The position numbers were made by a program, and so were the translations under genes. From a virus (Duplodnaviria; Caudoviricetes): a stretch of 64,000 bases of DNA. This document shows positions 1 to 10,162 of this stretch, in pieces. Every line of letters starts with the position of its first letter. Position 1 is the first letter of the stretch. Under the pieces are notes generated by a model that saw only the letters and a program-made list of their open reading frames with translations, did no database searches and was not told the origin of the DNA. The stretch covers positions 32,001-96,000 of the IMG/VR virus record IMGVR_UViG_3300033066_001295; one strand, 5' to 3'.

Positions 1-1144
1 CACCTTCGATTTCAGCCTTCTCTCCGCCCGCAGCTTCAAACATTGGGAGGGTTTCAACGACACCGGAGGGCTGGATACCAAGAAGCATCCAGTTGGCCTT
101 GACCCGGTTGGTTGCGCGCTGAATGAAGTTGCTGGCGTTAACGACAGCATCCACAAAACTGAGCTTGTGCTCGGTGTAGGAGATGTACGATCCGGTAGGA
201 ATCGTTGCATCCCATGATACGACACCACCGGAGGCAATGCGGCGAACGTCTTCGATGACCTCACGGTCAACTTCCCACTGGAGGTGGTTGGCGATGGCGT
301 TGCTGACAGTGCTTTCAGCGTTGACCTTGTGGAGGGCTTCAAGAGCCTTCGCAGCTTCCATCGACCAGCGACCGCGAAGCTTACGCTCCTTGGTGTAGAT
401 CGGGGCTGACACGATTTCAAAGTCAACCTGCTGTGCATCGGGATTGAGTTCCGCGTTGTAGTAGTAGGTTGCTTCGAGGGTACCGTTGGCCACAGTGCTG
501 CTGATGACGATGGCACCAGTGTTGTAGTTGATGGTACCGACATCGGTTCCAGCGGAGTTTTCAATGACACCGTTGCCGTTGTCAGTGAAGGTTGTCGTCG
601 CGCTGTCCGTCAGGGTGATCGAACCGGGCATCACCGGGCTGTAGCTGAGCGTGCCGGTAAGGGCATTGGCAGCGACAGTACCGACGAACTCGTTTTCCAC
701 GATAGCGTCGGAGTCGGTGTTGCGGTCAACGTGACCTGTGCGGCTGTCCCAGATTTTGGCTCCACGAGCGGTGTTGCCCTTCTGCTGGCCAGTGGTGAAG
801 TTCATGTAGAAAATCAGACCACTTGGACCGTCGAGCGGTTGAACGCTGACGAGGTCCTGAGCGACGAGGTTTTCTGACACGATGGTCAAGATGGGGAAGG
901 CGAACTTATCGAAGTTGCCGATCTGCATCGTTGACGTTGCTTCATCAAGACCATTGCGATAGTTCCGATAGTTTTCAAGGATGATGGCAGTGGTAGCCTG
1001 CTTGATCGGGCACTTGATGTCACTAACGATTTCTTTCCAGCCTTTTGCTTCGGTAAGGGGTTGCTTAGCGGTGATGCCAAGAGGCGTACGCGCCAACTCC
1101 ATACCTCGTGCAATGACCTTTGCGAGTTGATCCATGTTATGCAT
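1..1144 (-). CDS. gp23: Major capsid protein (T4 gp23-like), partial; runs off the left edge
   Basis: Not in the ORF track; translated by hand from ATG at 1144: MHNMDQLAKV...ILENYR...LDEATST...LVAQDLVSVQPLDGPSGLIFYM. VQPxxGPSGLIF is the gp23-family motif. Lies directly downstream of the prohead protease. Confidence 0.93.
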   Translation of the reverse strand, partial: MHNMDQLAKVIARGMELARTPLGITAKQPLTEAKGWKEIVSDIKCPIKQATTAIILENYRNYRNGLDEATSTMQIGNFDKFAFPILTIVSENLVAQDLVSVQPLDGPSGLIFYMNFTTGQQKGNTARGAKIWDSRTGHVDRNTDSDAIVENEFVGTVAANALTGTLSYSPVMPGSITLTDSATTTFTDNGNGVIENSAGTDVGTINYNTGAIVISSTVANGTLEATYYYNAELNPDAQQVDFEIVSAPIYTKERKLRGRWSMEAAKALEALHKVNAESTVSNAIANHLQWEVDREVIEDVRRIASGGVVSWDATIPTGSYISYTEHKLSFVDAVVNASNFIQRATNRVKANWMLLGIQPSGVVETLPMFEAAGGEKAEIEG

Positions 1145-1193
1145 GATGTTTTTTTGAGGGTAGGTTTGTTGTTATTGAATCCCTTTTCAGGTA

Positions 1194-3242
1194 TTAGCTG
1201 TAGAGGGGGATGTGCTGACGTGCCCGTGAGATAGATGCCACCATAGGGTGAACACTTTCTTCCACTGGGGGGGCAGGAGGAGGAGGAGCCTCTTCCTTGA
1301 CTGGAGCCGCGCCTTTCGGAGCACTTTCAGTCATTGCACCTTTATCCTCGGCACCTTGCGGGGCAGGAGGACTCTGCTGTTCATCAGCTTCTGAGATGAT
1401 CTTGCGGGAAAGTTCATCATAGGCCTTCCAAGTAGGGCACTTTGAAAGAGCCTCCTTGTTGGCTTCAAAAAGCTTGGGCTTCTTGAGTTTCCAGATGTAC
1501 TCACCGAGTTCAATCATCTCAGTGTTGTAGCGGGCAGCGATCTCACGAGCGGCAGCCTCACTTTTTGTGGCGCGTTCCTCGGCTTCTTTAAGCGAGGTTG
1601 AACCTTCACCGTTATGGCTACTTTCATTCAAATTTTTGTATGCCTTCATCAGCTTGGCACTGCTCTCGCGCAGACGAACATAGCGGGAGCGGAGCTTGCG
1701 ATAGGACTCAACAAACTTGTTGCGAGCCTTAGCATTGCTTTCGAGCTTTGGCACATCGGAGTCCTCCATAGGAGGCACGTCGTCAAGATCGACATTGTTT
1801 TCAATGCCTTCTTCACCACCGGGAGGGCCTTCAGCGGCACCAATCTGGTCACCGACTGACTGAAGCTGTGATGCGACTTCTTCGTTACCGGCGTCATGAA
1901 GGGCCTGAACAGCCTGATCAATGATGCTGGCAGCTTCGTCGGCTGTCATGTCACCTTCTTCACCACCGGGAGCGGGAGGAGGGGCTTCGTCACCACCGGG
2001 AGCCGGAGGGGCGTCACCTTCAGGGGCCGGAGGCGGAGGTGGTGGGGCGTCCATCTCTTCTTCATACTCGACCAGCTTCTTAGCAACTGGGGCGATGATT
2101 GAGGAGAGGAATGAGTTCTGTTCTTGAAGTTGGGCAAGCTCAATGCGGAGGGACTTTGCGCGTTCCAAGAGGGCAGAAGCTTCGGAGAGCTTCAGACCCG
2201 TGCGCTTGGAGTTAGCCAACAAAACGGCCTCTGACTGAATCTGCCGGATGCGATCCTGCACGTTCATGGTATTAGGTGGTGTGGTTTGGGTTGTTTCTGC
2301 GGTTGAAGCCGTGGCTGATTCAAAAATAAAGCCTGTGTTATTGCACAAAGCTGTCATTGCGTTCGTTGCCTCGGTGAATTGCTGAAATGTTCCAAGAGGT
2401 GGAGCCTTGTCGGATTCATTGACAGCCCTCCAGCGGAAAGAAACATTCTTGCCTTTGGATTCGGCAATAAGTTCAATTGGAATCATTTTCTTGCCTTCTT
2501 CGGCCTTTCCGGGACCGTAAAGACCTGTTATCAAAACAAAGGACGACTCAGTCATGTCTTCTTCTTCTTCTTTGGCAGGGGTTGGTTCAGATGCTGCTGA
2601 TGTTGCAGCTTCCTCCTTCAAGGAAGGTGCGGTGGTTTTCACCGGAGCAGATTCAAAAGCTTTGGCCACTGGGCGGGCACGCTTGACTGACGGAGTGAAC
2701 ACGACATCCCATGTTTCAAGGATATAGTCATCATTCACTTCAAAGGCGTCACTGGTTTCAGTGACGGTGCCGTTACCACGGGAAGAAACACCACCGAAGT
2801 CGATGTTAGCCCGTATGCAGCCTTCAAGAATCTTAGCCTTGGGGAAGTATTCACCGGGCAATACTTCATAGGTTCCAACTACGTCACCTTCTTCGAGTTC
2901 ACCACCGCTCTGAGAGATTTCAGCAGGGGTGGCAATATGCACTTCGGTGATGACATGTGAGGCAAGTTCAGCAAGAGTGACCCCATCCTTTGGGTGTTCC
3001 ATCATGCCTAGCACATTCCGCCTCTTCAGCCTGTTGGAAAAATCAGACCCTTCAGCAAAATGGCGTTCCCAAATCTTCTTGCCATATTTACGGCCATTTT
3101 CGTTCTTGAGCTTCCAGTTCTGAAAGACACCGGTCACTTCAAGCACTTGTTTTCCCGGAGTGTGGCTGCTTTCAACCAGTCTGGGCTTTCTCAAAAGCCT
3201 GAAGGGAAACGCATCAGTGAGTAATGGCAAATCTTGTGGCAT
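1194..3242 (-). CDS. Prohead protease (gp21-like) fused to a long acidic/coiled-coil scaffold (gp22-like) region
   Basis: N-terminal ~190 aa has NENGRKY, GMMEHP, SHVI, GVSSRGNG and TWDVVFTPS motifs. The rest is Pro/Glu-rich and coiled-coil with many hydrophobic-x-E(S/A) sites. Adjacent to the capsid gene. Confidence 0.88.
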   Translation of the reverse strand: MPQDLPLLTDAFPFRLLRKPRLVESSHTPGKQVLEVTGVFQNWKLKNENGRKYGKKIWERHFAEGSDFSNRLKRRNVLGMMEHPKDGVTLAELASHVITEVHIATPAEISQSGGELEEGDVVGTYEVLPGEYFPKAKILEGCIRANIDFGGVSSRGNGTVTETSDAFEVNDDYILETWDVVFTPSVKRARPVAKAFESAPVKTTAPSLKEEAATSAASEPTPAKEEEEDMTESSFVLITGLYGPGKAEEGKKMIPIELIAESKGKNVSFRWRAVNESDKAPPLGTFQQFTEATNAMTALCNNTGFIFESATASTAETTQTTPPNTMNVQDRIRQIQSEAVLLANSKRTGLKLSEASALLERAKSLRIELAQLQEQNSFLSSIIAPVAKKLVEYEEEMDAPPPPPPAPEGDAPPAPGGDEAPPPAPGGEEGDMTADEAASIIDQAVQALHDAGNEEVASQLQSVGDQIGAAEGPPGGEEGIENNVDLDDVPPMEDSDVPKLESNAKARNKFVESYRKLRSRYVRLRESSAKLMKAYKNLNESSHNGEGSTSLKEAEERATKSEAAAREIAARYNTEMIELGEYIWKLKKPKLFEANKEALSKCPTWKAYDELSRKIISEADEQQSPPAPQGAEDKGAMTESAPKGAAPVKEEAPPPPAPPVEESVHPMVASISRARQHIPLYS

Positions 3243-3248
3243 TAATCA

Positions 3249-3254
3249 TAACTA
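3249..3254 (-). promoter_or_regulatory. Putative late promoter TAnnTA (TAGTTA), 6 nt before the protease ATG
   Basis: The same TAnnTA hexamer recurs 5-7 nt upstream of several structural and tagged genes. Confidence 0.6.
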
Positions 3255-3346
3255 ATGGCTGCTCTTCAAAAAGCAGAATTGTGTTGAATTCAAGGGCGTT
3301 TCTGCATATCAGGTCTTTGTAAAGTATGTGAAGAACAACTTTTCTG

Positions 3347-3374
3347 TTGACAGATGGCTGACTTTTGATATAGT
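3347..3374 (+). promoter_or_regulatory. Early sigma70-type promoter TTGACA-N16-TATAGT with CTGACTTT spacer motif
   Basis: ttgaca gatggctgacttttga tatagt, 7 nt before ATG 3382. Confidence 0.8.
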
Positions 3375-3381
3375 TTGCACC

Positions 3382-3570
3382 ATGGAAAAGATCGAACTCA
3401 AGGATGTCAGGGACGAACGTGAGTATCTTGTCGAGTCAAGCTACGGCTGGCTCGTGATGATCTACCGGAATGGCAGGTTTGAACAAACCAACTGCCCATT
3501 CCTCAGTGCCGGGGTTGTGCCGGGTGCAAAGGCACTTCAGATTTTTCAACTTCCACCCAACTTCGTGTAA
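3382..3570 (+). CDS. Small hypothetical early protein
   Basis: ATG immediately after the early promoter. Confidence 0.6.
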   Translation: MEKIELKDVRDEREYLVESSYGWLVMIYRNGRFEQTNCPFLSAGVVPGAKALQIFQLPPNFV

Positions 3571-3674
3571 CAACTTGGTGAAACCGTTATGGCTATGAGA
3601 CTCGAAAGAGGCCCGCAAGGTTGCGATTAAACCCACGGTGTAAAAAACAACCCAGTGTCCAAAGCTGGGTCCCC

Positions 3675-4067
3675 ATGAAAAAGCCTCAAAACTACACCAT
3701 CGAAAACGGGCGGATTTTCCGCATTCGCAGAGCTACTGCTGAAGCACTGGCTAGTGAAGGATTTTTAACCCTGTCAGAGGGGTCAAAGCTTGATACCAGT
3801 CATGCCCTCACCCCAAAGGGTGTGGCGTTCTTCAACCACACTTCAAGAGGTCGATTTTCATGGAAGGAGCCTGAACCTGTCGGTGTGTCAATTGTCAGGA
3901 ATGATGACAATGAGGCTGAAAAGCCCAGCAGCATTCACAACTCACCAACACTCTTTGGTCTCCCTCATGGCTTGAAAAGGACGGCAGACCTATTCAGAGA
4001 GAGCCTCAACCCATCATCGCCACACTATGATCCAGCCACCTACACAGATGAAGCCGCAAAGGGCTGA
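3675..4067 (+). CDS. Hypothetical protein
   Basis: ORF in the plus-strand island; ATG 3675 preferred. Confidence 0.55.
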   Translation: MKKPQNYTIENGRIFRIRRATAEALASEGFLTLSEGSKLDTSHALTPKGVAFFNHTSRGRFSWKEPEPVGVSIVRNDDNEAEKPSSIHNSPTLFGLPHGLKRTADLFRESLNPSSPHYDPATYTDEAAKG

Positions 4068-4239
4068 AACAGTTGGTGAACTGATTGAGGCTATGAAGGG
4101 CCTGCCTCACGACATGAAACTTAGGAGTGAGCAGGATGGGGAGTTTCACGGTGTTTTTGCCACTGTGGAAGATGGCTTTCTCGTTTTTACCATCTCCGGT
4201 CTTGAGAGTGATGACGACGAGGAGGACTTGGAGGACTAG
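4048..4239 (+). CDS. Small acidic hypothetical protein
   Basis: TVGELIEAMKGLP motif typical of small phage early proteins; acidic tail. Confidence 0.6.
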   Translation: MKPQRAETVGELIEAMKGLPHDMKLRSEQDGEFHGVFATVEDGFLVFTISGLESDDDEEDLED

Positions 4240-4241
4240 GC

Positions 4242-4499
4242 ATGACTTCAGGCTGGAACAGAGTAGGCGACACGGTCATTTTCAAAAATGGTGGTAACAC
4301 CAGTGTCTTCGATGAGAAGGCTCTTAGAGGCTCTTTAGCCTCCTACCTTTCAGATAACAGCAGGGCAAGGTTTGGAGGTGACAACTTCATGCCAGACAGT
4401 GAATTTCTCAAGGGCATAGACTGGCACGTCGAAGGTCTCAAGCTCCTTATTCAACCATCTTCAGCACCGGAGCATACAACTCAGGGTTGTCAGACTTGA
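4242..4499 (+). CDS. Hypothetical protein
   Basis: Coupled to the upstream ORF. Confidence 0.5.
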   Translation: MTSGWNRVGDTVIFKNGGNTSVFDEKALRGSLASYLSDNSRARFGGDNFMPDSEFLKGIDWHVEGLKLLIQPSSAPEHTTQGCQT

Positions 4500-4797
4500 C
4501 ATACACCTTGCCAAAGTTCCAAACGTAATCCAGTGCCCGTTCGATCTTACCCTTTGGCAGACCTGTCCTGATAAGTTCAGTAATGATATGACGGGTGTAG
4601 TTGAATATCTGCCAGTCGCCTGACGGGTAGCAAACCTTCAACTGGCTGCTATAAGGCTCACGCATGAGCAGGAACACCCCTTTTGGAGGGGCGTGAGGTT
4701 TATCAGAGTAAACCTTGTAGTACTCCTCCTCCGGCTTGAATAGCTCAGCCAGCCAACGGTACTCTTCGGCTGTAAGAGGAGGCAGAAGTCCTGTCAT
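4447..4797 (-). CDS. Hypothetical protein
   Basis: Last gene of the minus-strand late array; overlapping start/stop with the upstream gene. Confidence 0.65.
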   Translation of the reverse strand: MTGLLPPLTAEEYRWLAELFKPEEEYYKVYSDKPHAPPKGVFLLMREPYSSQLKVCYPSGDWQIFNYTRHIITELIRTGLPKGKIERALDYVWNFGKVYVKSDNPELYAPVLKMVE

Positions 4798-5141
4798 TAT
4801 TCAGGGATGATCTCAGGCTTTTTGGCAAATTCAACATGTTTGTTGATTGCAGCCACGGTTTCATCACCGATCCACCTGTCATCAGTCACACCAACGGCTT
4901 TCTGGATGGCTTCCGCCTTGTCTCCAGCGTATTTGTGAATGATCACATTGATACCCGCATAGCAGAGAGCAACTGTGCCCTCAGCAAGCTTGATTTGGTC
5001 TTCTGCTGGCATGGCATAGTGAAGGTATGTTGCCATGTTTGACACGACAAAATGCACTACGGCACCGGCAATGACTGAAATGGCACCAGCGATAGGCTGA
5101 CCCATCTTACTGAAGAGAATCTTGAGGAAGAATGCTTTCAT
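4797..5141 (-). CDS. Two-TM membrane protein with a C-terminal peptidoglycan-binding-like motif (possible lysis protein)
   Basis: Two hydrophobic segments, then IQKAVGVTDDRWIGDETVAAI resembling the Q-x-A-x-G-V-x-x-D-G-x-I-G-x-x-T PG-binding motif. Confidence 0.5.
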   Translation of the reverse strand: MKAFFLKILFSKMGQPIAGAISVIAGAVVHFVVSNMATYLHYAMPAEDQIKLAEGTVALCYAGINVIIHKYAGDKAEAIQKAVGVTDDRWIGDETVAAINKHVEFAKKPEIIPE

Positions 5142-5149
5142 ATCAATAT

Positions 5150-5890
5150 CTAGTTCAATCCAGAACAGTACCTGAACAATTCAGATAGCTCGAACTCGAC
5201 ACTGGTCTCAGCCGCCCTCACTTTGCCATTCTCACAGCAAAACTCAGCAAAAGCGTTCTCATATTTTTCAATGTCAGTGCCGATTCCACCACGGTAAGCT
5301 GACAGAAGTGGCACAAGAGAGTAAGGGGTCAAACCCTTGCAAAAATCCTCAACTGGGGGGTATCCAAAAAGATCAAGCGTCTTGGCTTCCTGTGGTTTCA
5401 CACTGTTATCAATGAGGGCATTGACAACATGTATAACTTGAAGTTTGTCGATAGGAGTTTGAAATTTGTCAATAAGCTCCTTGTAGCTGCTGATGCCGCC
5501 TCTCAGATACTTCGTGAGACGGTCCATTGTAGCCATGTTAGGCTGAATGAGCTTGTGCTTCCATACCATCATCAAGTTGGTTGGTATGTTCAATTCCCAA
5601 TGACGCAGACCAAGACCTGTATAGAAGGTTACATCAATCCTGCTTCCACCGCGAAAGGCCATTGGGTAGATTGAAATAATGTCAGTTGACCTGTCATAGC
5701 GTGACATGGTGCTTGACCCACGCTCAAAGTTTTCGACAAAACGGATGCCCTTCAAACCCACATAGCTTTTTTTCAAACCAAGTGAGTCAATCCTTGCAAA
5801 CATAGCTGGGAGAGCCTCAGCCATGGAGGTCATCCGGCGCATGAAGTTTGGACTCTGACCGATGTACGTAGGTGTTATTGGAAGGGACAT
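5150..5890 (-). CDS. Hypothetical protein (morphogenesis cluster)
   Basis: 246-aa ORF, translationally coupled. Confidence 0.7.
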   Translation of the reverse strand: MSLPITPTYIGQSPNFMRRMTSMAEALPAMFARIDSLGLKKSYVGLKGIRFVENFERGSSTMSRYDRSTDIISIYPMAFRGGSRIDVTFYTGLGLRHWELNIPTNLMMVWKHKLIQPNMATMDRLTKYLRGGISSYKELIDKFQTPIDKLQVIHVVNALIDNSVKPQEAKTLDLFGYPPVEDFCKGLTPYSLVPLLSAYRGGIGTDIEKYENAFAEFCCENGKVRAAETSVEFELSELFRYCSGLN

Positions 5891-6342
5891 TATGAGTTGC
5901 TAAGTTTAGAGTATGTTGAAGGTTCAGCCTTCCAAGGGCCAACATAACCGGGGTAACTAGGCCCCCAAAAAGTGTTCTCGTGCTCGCGTTCAACCGCTCC
6001 CGGCTGCTCATGATGGTGGACATCCTGATGTGGCATCTCCTCCAGAGAGTCCCGGATTCTGGACATAAGGGCTGTCATTGGTGTAATAGGGCCATTCCCA
6101 GAAGGGTACTGCTTATGAAGGTCTGGACACCTTTCAGGCGTTAGAGGGGCAAGAAGATCGTACACATCACCAGTTGTAGCTCCAATGGTAGCGAGACGTT
6201 GAAGACCTTTTTGGAATTCAGGCCCATTTAACACCATTTCCTCATACTTTGACACAGTGTTTTGATACTCATCTTCCCAGTCAGTTTTGACCAGTGAAGG
6301 GCTATACCAAGGGCTACCCTCAAAAAGACTCAAGAATTTCAT
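5890..6342 (-). CDS. Putative internal head protein with N-terminal MKFLSLFE tag
   Basis: FxxLFE motif; lies in the head gene cluster. Confidence 0.6.
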   Translation of the reverse strand: MKFLSLFEGSPWYSPSLVKTDWEDEYQNTVSKYEEMVLNGPEFQKGLQRLATIGATTGDVYDLLAPLTPERCPDLHKQYPSGNGPITPMTALMSRIRDSLEEMPHQDVHHHEQPGAVEREHENTFWGPSYPGYVGPWKAEPSTYSKLSNS

Positions 6343-6833
6343 ACAGTAGGAGAGGTGTGAAGGCTGCTGGTTGGCTTCGGTGCGGATGAAGTCTGGCCTG
6401 ATGGGCTTTCTGGCCTCTCCTGCGCCTGTTGCCGGGGGTCGATTGGTTTGTTGTCATCAGCCCTCTCGTCACCAATGGAGATGGCTTCAAGGGGAACCTT
6501 CTCTGGTTCAGCTTGAGGGTTGACTGGGTCAACAACATAGACATCATTGCCATCAATCTTCATCACCTGACGCTGCATCATCTGCTTTGTATCGGGATTC
6601 AGGACGCCTATCTGCCTTCCGGGTGCAAGGTCACCAGCAAGTGCTTCAATGAGTTTTGCTGTGCGGGTATTCACCTGAACTGTGCTCAGAATACCCGTGT
6701 TATTGGACCGCAAAAGACCACTGCTAAGTGAACGAGCAATGGCAGTTTTTGATATACCACGGTGAATCAGCACTGACTCAGTGAACTGGCCGTTTAGCTT
6801 GGAGATGGCTCTGAGTTGAGAAAAGAAGTTCAT
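6339..6833 (-). CDS. Hypothetical virion-associated protein
   Basis: Coupled ORF with FTE-S and LIE-A sites. Confidence 0.65.
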   Translation of the reverse strand: MNFFSQLRAISKLNGQFTESVLIHRGISKTAIARSLSSGLLRSNNTGILSTVQVNTRTAKLIEALAGDLAPGRQIGVLNPDTKQMMQRQVMKIDGNDVYVVDPVNPQAEPEKVPLEAISIGDERADDNKPIDPRQQAQERPESPSGQTSSAPKPTSSLHTSPTV

Positions 6834-7429
6834 GCTAGTTTGAGGTCTTTGAGTAGGGCCGATGATGATTGCTGGTCTGGAGGTGGCTGGGCTGCCTGTT
6901 TGGGTGCTCCACCCTCTGGAGGTGCCCCTTCAGGTGCCCCACCTTCTGGGGTAGGTGCCGCTCCACCCTCTGGAGGTGCCCCTTCTGCCCCTTCAGGTGC
7001 TGGAGGCGGCTCAGTGGCTACGTCAATACGGTTCTTGAATGACTTCATGCCAGCCGAAAAGGTTTCCATGTAGGTGGAAACTTCACCGCTAGGAGCGTCC
7101 TTCAGCATCGAATCAATCTTTGAAGTCAAACCGTCAATCTTCTGACGCATTGTCTTGTTATCAGTTGATTCAGCGTCTTCAGCACGGATTTGATTACCTA
7201 GCAGGGCACCTTGCAGGGCTTCCAAGAAGAACTTATCACTGTTGTCACCATCTTCGCTGGACAGGTTTGAGAGCTTGTCTTGAACAAAGTCAACCGCTGG
7301 CTGCCAGATGTCATTGTAGTTTCGGATGATTGTCTCATCAGCTTCGACAAGATGCTTCCGCACCATACGAGATGCATTCCAATCATGTTGAATGGCTTTT
7401 CTGTAATAGGCGTCGAAAGCTTTGCTCAT
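6830..7429 (-). CDS. Hypothetical acidic protein with Pro/Glu/Gly-rich tail (prohead-core-like)
   Basis: LVE-A site, PEGGA repeats, TAGTTA at 7437-7442 upstream. Confidence 0.65.
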   Translation of the reverse strand: MSKAFDAYYRKAIQHDWNASRMVRKHLVEADETIIRNYNDIWQPAVDFVQDKLSNLSSEDGDNSDKFFLEALQGALLGNQIRAEDAESTDNKTMRQKIDGLTSKIDSMLKDAPSGEVSTYMETFSAGMKSFKNRIDVATEPPPAPEGAEGAPPEGGAAPTPEGGAPEGAPPEGGAPKQAAQPPPDQQSSSALLKDLKLA

Positions 7430-7439
7430 TTCATTATAA

Positions 7440-9353
7440 CTAGGTTGATGAATCCACGGAAGCTCCTGACACCACTTTAGGTGCCACGTTAGGAGCTACT
7501 GGAACAGTATTTTTCTGCTTGTTTGAGACATAGTCTGTAACATCCCTCTGTGTTGTAGCGAGATAGCCAGCCATTGCTGCCAAGTGCTTACAAAGTGACA
7601 GGCTTCTTGTAGGGTTTGTTATGTTCGGAGGCTGATTTGTAGCTTCACCACCCTGACCTGTTGGTGTGTGGCTGGCCCCTTTGTCAGCTAGAACTTTATG
7701 CCACCTGTACTTGAAGTCAGGACATGTGCAAAAGCAATGGACATCAGAGTCTGGCCCTTCTTTTGGCTGTTTCTTTATCAGCCCCTTGATCTTCTGGATC
7801 ATCCTCTTGAGGAAACCGGGAGGAATAAACTTGATATAACCCTTCTGCCTCATCCCTGTCGTGCTCCTGTCAGGCCTCGACTTGAAGTTGTAGTCTATGC
7901 GTGTCAGGCCATCTGTGTCCTGCTTCCAAGTTGGTGGCTTTGTAACAACAAACATGGAGTTCTGAACACGACCTTTTACTCTAGGGTCTGTAACCCATGA
8001 GTTACCAATCTTCACCAGACCACCAATTTTGTAGTTACCGTTCCTCTGGGTGAGGTCCATTAACTTGCGGAAAGTTACCTCCATCAGAAGCTTATCGAGT
8101 TGTGCTTCGGTAAGAACAGCTTCAGTGACAGGTATAGCATACTTAGGGCTTGACCAACCTTTTGTTTTTTCTGAGTGGAAGAGGTCATTCCATTCAGAAA
8201 TAACAGACCTCACCTTGGAAACAAGTGCGGTTTGCTGCTGGATGTACTTGAAGGCTTCAGGCCTGCTTTTCTTGGCTATACCTTCAGCAGTATTTTTTAT
8301 CTGAAGTGTCTTATCAGCCAAGTACTCCTCCACCTGATTGCGCAGGTGAATTTCACCCTCTTTCGTGTAGCTCCCACTTTCCCATGAGGCATTTATGTGG
8401 CTGCGAATTTCATTCACCAGATTAATGGTCATCCAGTGCAAGTCAGCTTGAGCAAACTTGGCTGGATCGTCAAAAATGGTGTGATGGTTGGCAGTTGCAT
8501 GAGTGGCGTTCCCGTCGTCATGATGAGCTTCCCTCCTGCCAGTTGTTATATACCGGCGTAGAATGTCAAAGTGTGTTATAGAGTGGTTTCTGACTAATGC
8601 AGCTACGTCACTAAACTTGAGTGGCACGTTCTTACCACCAACACTTATAACCAAAGTTTGAGGCTTCCTCAACCTGACTGATCCTGAAGGTATCAGGCCT
8701 TTACCGTCAAGCTCACTGATGAATGAGTCCCAGTAAGGAGGTATCTTGTTGCTATAGAGGTGCATTCTACCCTCACTACCAACCTGCATGTAGTAGGCAG
8801 ACCCCATTTTAAGGAAGTTGTCTTCAAGCTCGCTCAGTGCTGAATCAAGCTCTATTGGGTCGCCCTTCTTGAGGATGTAAGCCATATTTTTTGGCATCTT
8901 CTTCCTGAAGGACGAGTTCTTTTTCAGAACTCCCCAAGATGCCATAATAGCAAGTGAAGGCCTCTCGTTTCTTTCCTCACCAGACCTTATACTCTCTTTC
9001 TTCTTACCGACAACAAGTGTATAGACACTCTTGATGGGTATTTTGACATAACTGTTACCCATGGTTATGATCCATGTGCCAATAACATCGTTTTCACCCT
9101 CGGCCTGCTGTGCCGTCTGTTGAGGTATGGGTGGAGGTGTCTGTGGTGCCTGTGCTGGCTCGGGCTGCGCCTCTGGCTGTGACCCCTTCAGAGGAAAGGT
9201 CATATTAGGGGTGATTGGCGTAATCACCTCAACAAGAGTTTGTGCTTCACCAAGGTTCTTGTCCTTGGAAGCAGCTTCGGCTGCCTGACGAAGAAGTTCC
9301 TGCTTCTTGCGCCTTTTAGCAGCCAGACTGTAATACTGTATTAGTGCCCCCAT
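7440..9353 (-). CDS. Large protein with C-terminal SWIM-type zinc finger
   Basis: HCFCTCPDFKYRW...LCKHL (CxCxDF...CKH). Confidence 0.7.
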   Translation of the reverse strand: MGALIQYYSLAAKRRKKQELLRQAAEAASKDKNLGEAQTLVEVITPITPNMTFPLKGSQPEAQPEPAQAPQTPPPIPQQTAQQAEGENDVIGTWIITMGNSYVKIPIKSVYTLVVGKKKESIRSGEERNERPSLAIMASWGVLKKNSSFRKKMPKNMAYILKKGDPIELDSALSELEDNFLKMGSAYYMQVGSEGRMHLYSNKIPPYWDSFISELDGKGLIPSGSVRLRKPQTLVISVGGKNVPLKFSDVAALVRNHSITHFDILRRYITTGRREAHHDDGNATHATANHHTIFDDPAKFAQADLHWMTINLVNEIRSHINASWESGSYTKEGEIHLRNQVEEYLADKTLQIKNTAEGIAKKSRPEAFKYIQQQTALVSKVRSVISEWNDLFHSEKTKGWSSPKYAIPVTEAVLTEAQLDKLLMEVTFRKLMDLTQRNGNYKIGGLVKIGNSWVTDPRVKGRVQNSMFVVTKPPTWKQDTDGLTRIDYNFKSRPDRSTTGMRQKGYIKFIPPGFLKRMIQKIKGLIKKQPKEGPDSDVHCFCTCPDFKYRWHKVLADKGASHTPTGQGGEATNQPPNITNPTRSLSLCKHLAAMAGYLATTQRDVTDYVSNKQKNTVPVAPNVAPKVVSGASVDSST

Positions 9354-10162
9354 CGTTCAGAAAGTTTTAGCGTTTTGAAGCCCTTGCTTAGAACTTCACA
9401 ATCGCCACCCACTTCCTTTTCTTTGGTCAGAGGAGCATAGACAAACATCCAGCAGGACAGGTTTTCCCCAAAATTCCCGTACTCAATGTTAGGCACAGCA
9501 CCCTTCCTGAGAAGAAGGTAGCCAAATTCATCGGCAATACGTTCGATGTACGAGTTGGAGTTTGCAACCACGTCATTGAGTTTATTAGTGCTGTCAAGGT
9601 CGAGGTAGATGAACACACCATCCCTGATGGGTTCGTACTTAACAACGTCTATACCAAACTCTTTTTCGAGACCCTTGATAAACTTGGAGTGATCGACAAT
9701 GTTCTCAATCAAGCTCATACGTACTGACCCTGACATGACTCGAAGAAGCTCTTCAGCCAAACCACCAACTGCCTTCCCCTGCTTTACATTCTCAAGAAGA
9801 GTTGTTGAGTGGAATGCCTGCCTCTCAAGAAGGTCAGAAAGTTTCTTGGTCGGGTTTGCCTTGAAAGCTGAAACACTTTTCTCACAAAACGAAATCCACT
9901 TTCTCAGATGAGGGCTTGTCGTCCTTGAGCAGTGCTTGGCAAGACAAGTTATTGACTCAATGATCCGGTTGGTTTTGTCAGCCCATTCAGCGGCGGCAGC
10001 AGGGTCAGAAACACCTCTGCGTGAATTGCCAGTACGGATGATTGTGGACAGAACATTGGTCTTCTCCTCTTCTGTAAGATTTGGAGAAACAAAGTGTGCC
10101 CACCTTGAGTCCATTATCTCCTCAAGAAGCTTAGATTGAAATTTTTGGAATGGCTTAAACAT
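9341..10162 (-). CDS. Hypothetical virion-associated protein
   Basis: Coupled ORF with several LxE/IxE sites. Confidence 0.65.
   Translation of the reverse strand: MFKPFQKFQSKLLEEIMDSRWAHFVSPNLTEEEKTNVLSTIIRTGNSRRGVSDPAAAAEWADKTNRIIESITCLAKHCSRTTSPHLRKWISFCEKSVSAFKANPTKKLSDLLERQAFHSTTLLENVKQGKAVGGLAEELLRVMSGSVRMSLIENIVDHSKFIKGLEKEFGIDVVKYEPIRDGVFIYLDLDSTNKLNDVVANSNSYIERIADEFGYLLLRKGAVPNIEYGNFGENLSCWMFVYAPLTKEKEVGGDCEVLSKGFKTLKLSERWGH

Noticed and set aside
183-1113. Track ORFs 183-398(+) and 886-1113(-)
   Set aside because: Shadow frames of the major capsid gene. Most other nested or antisense ORFs in the track were ignored for the same reason.
5150-5890. Zincin metallopeptidase
   Set aside because: Only a vague resemblance; no HExxH motif.
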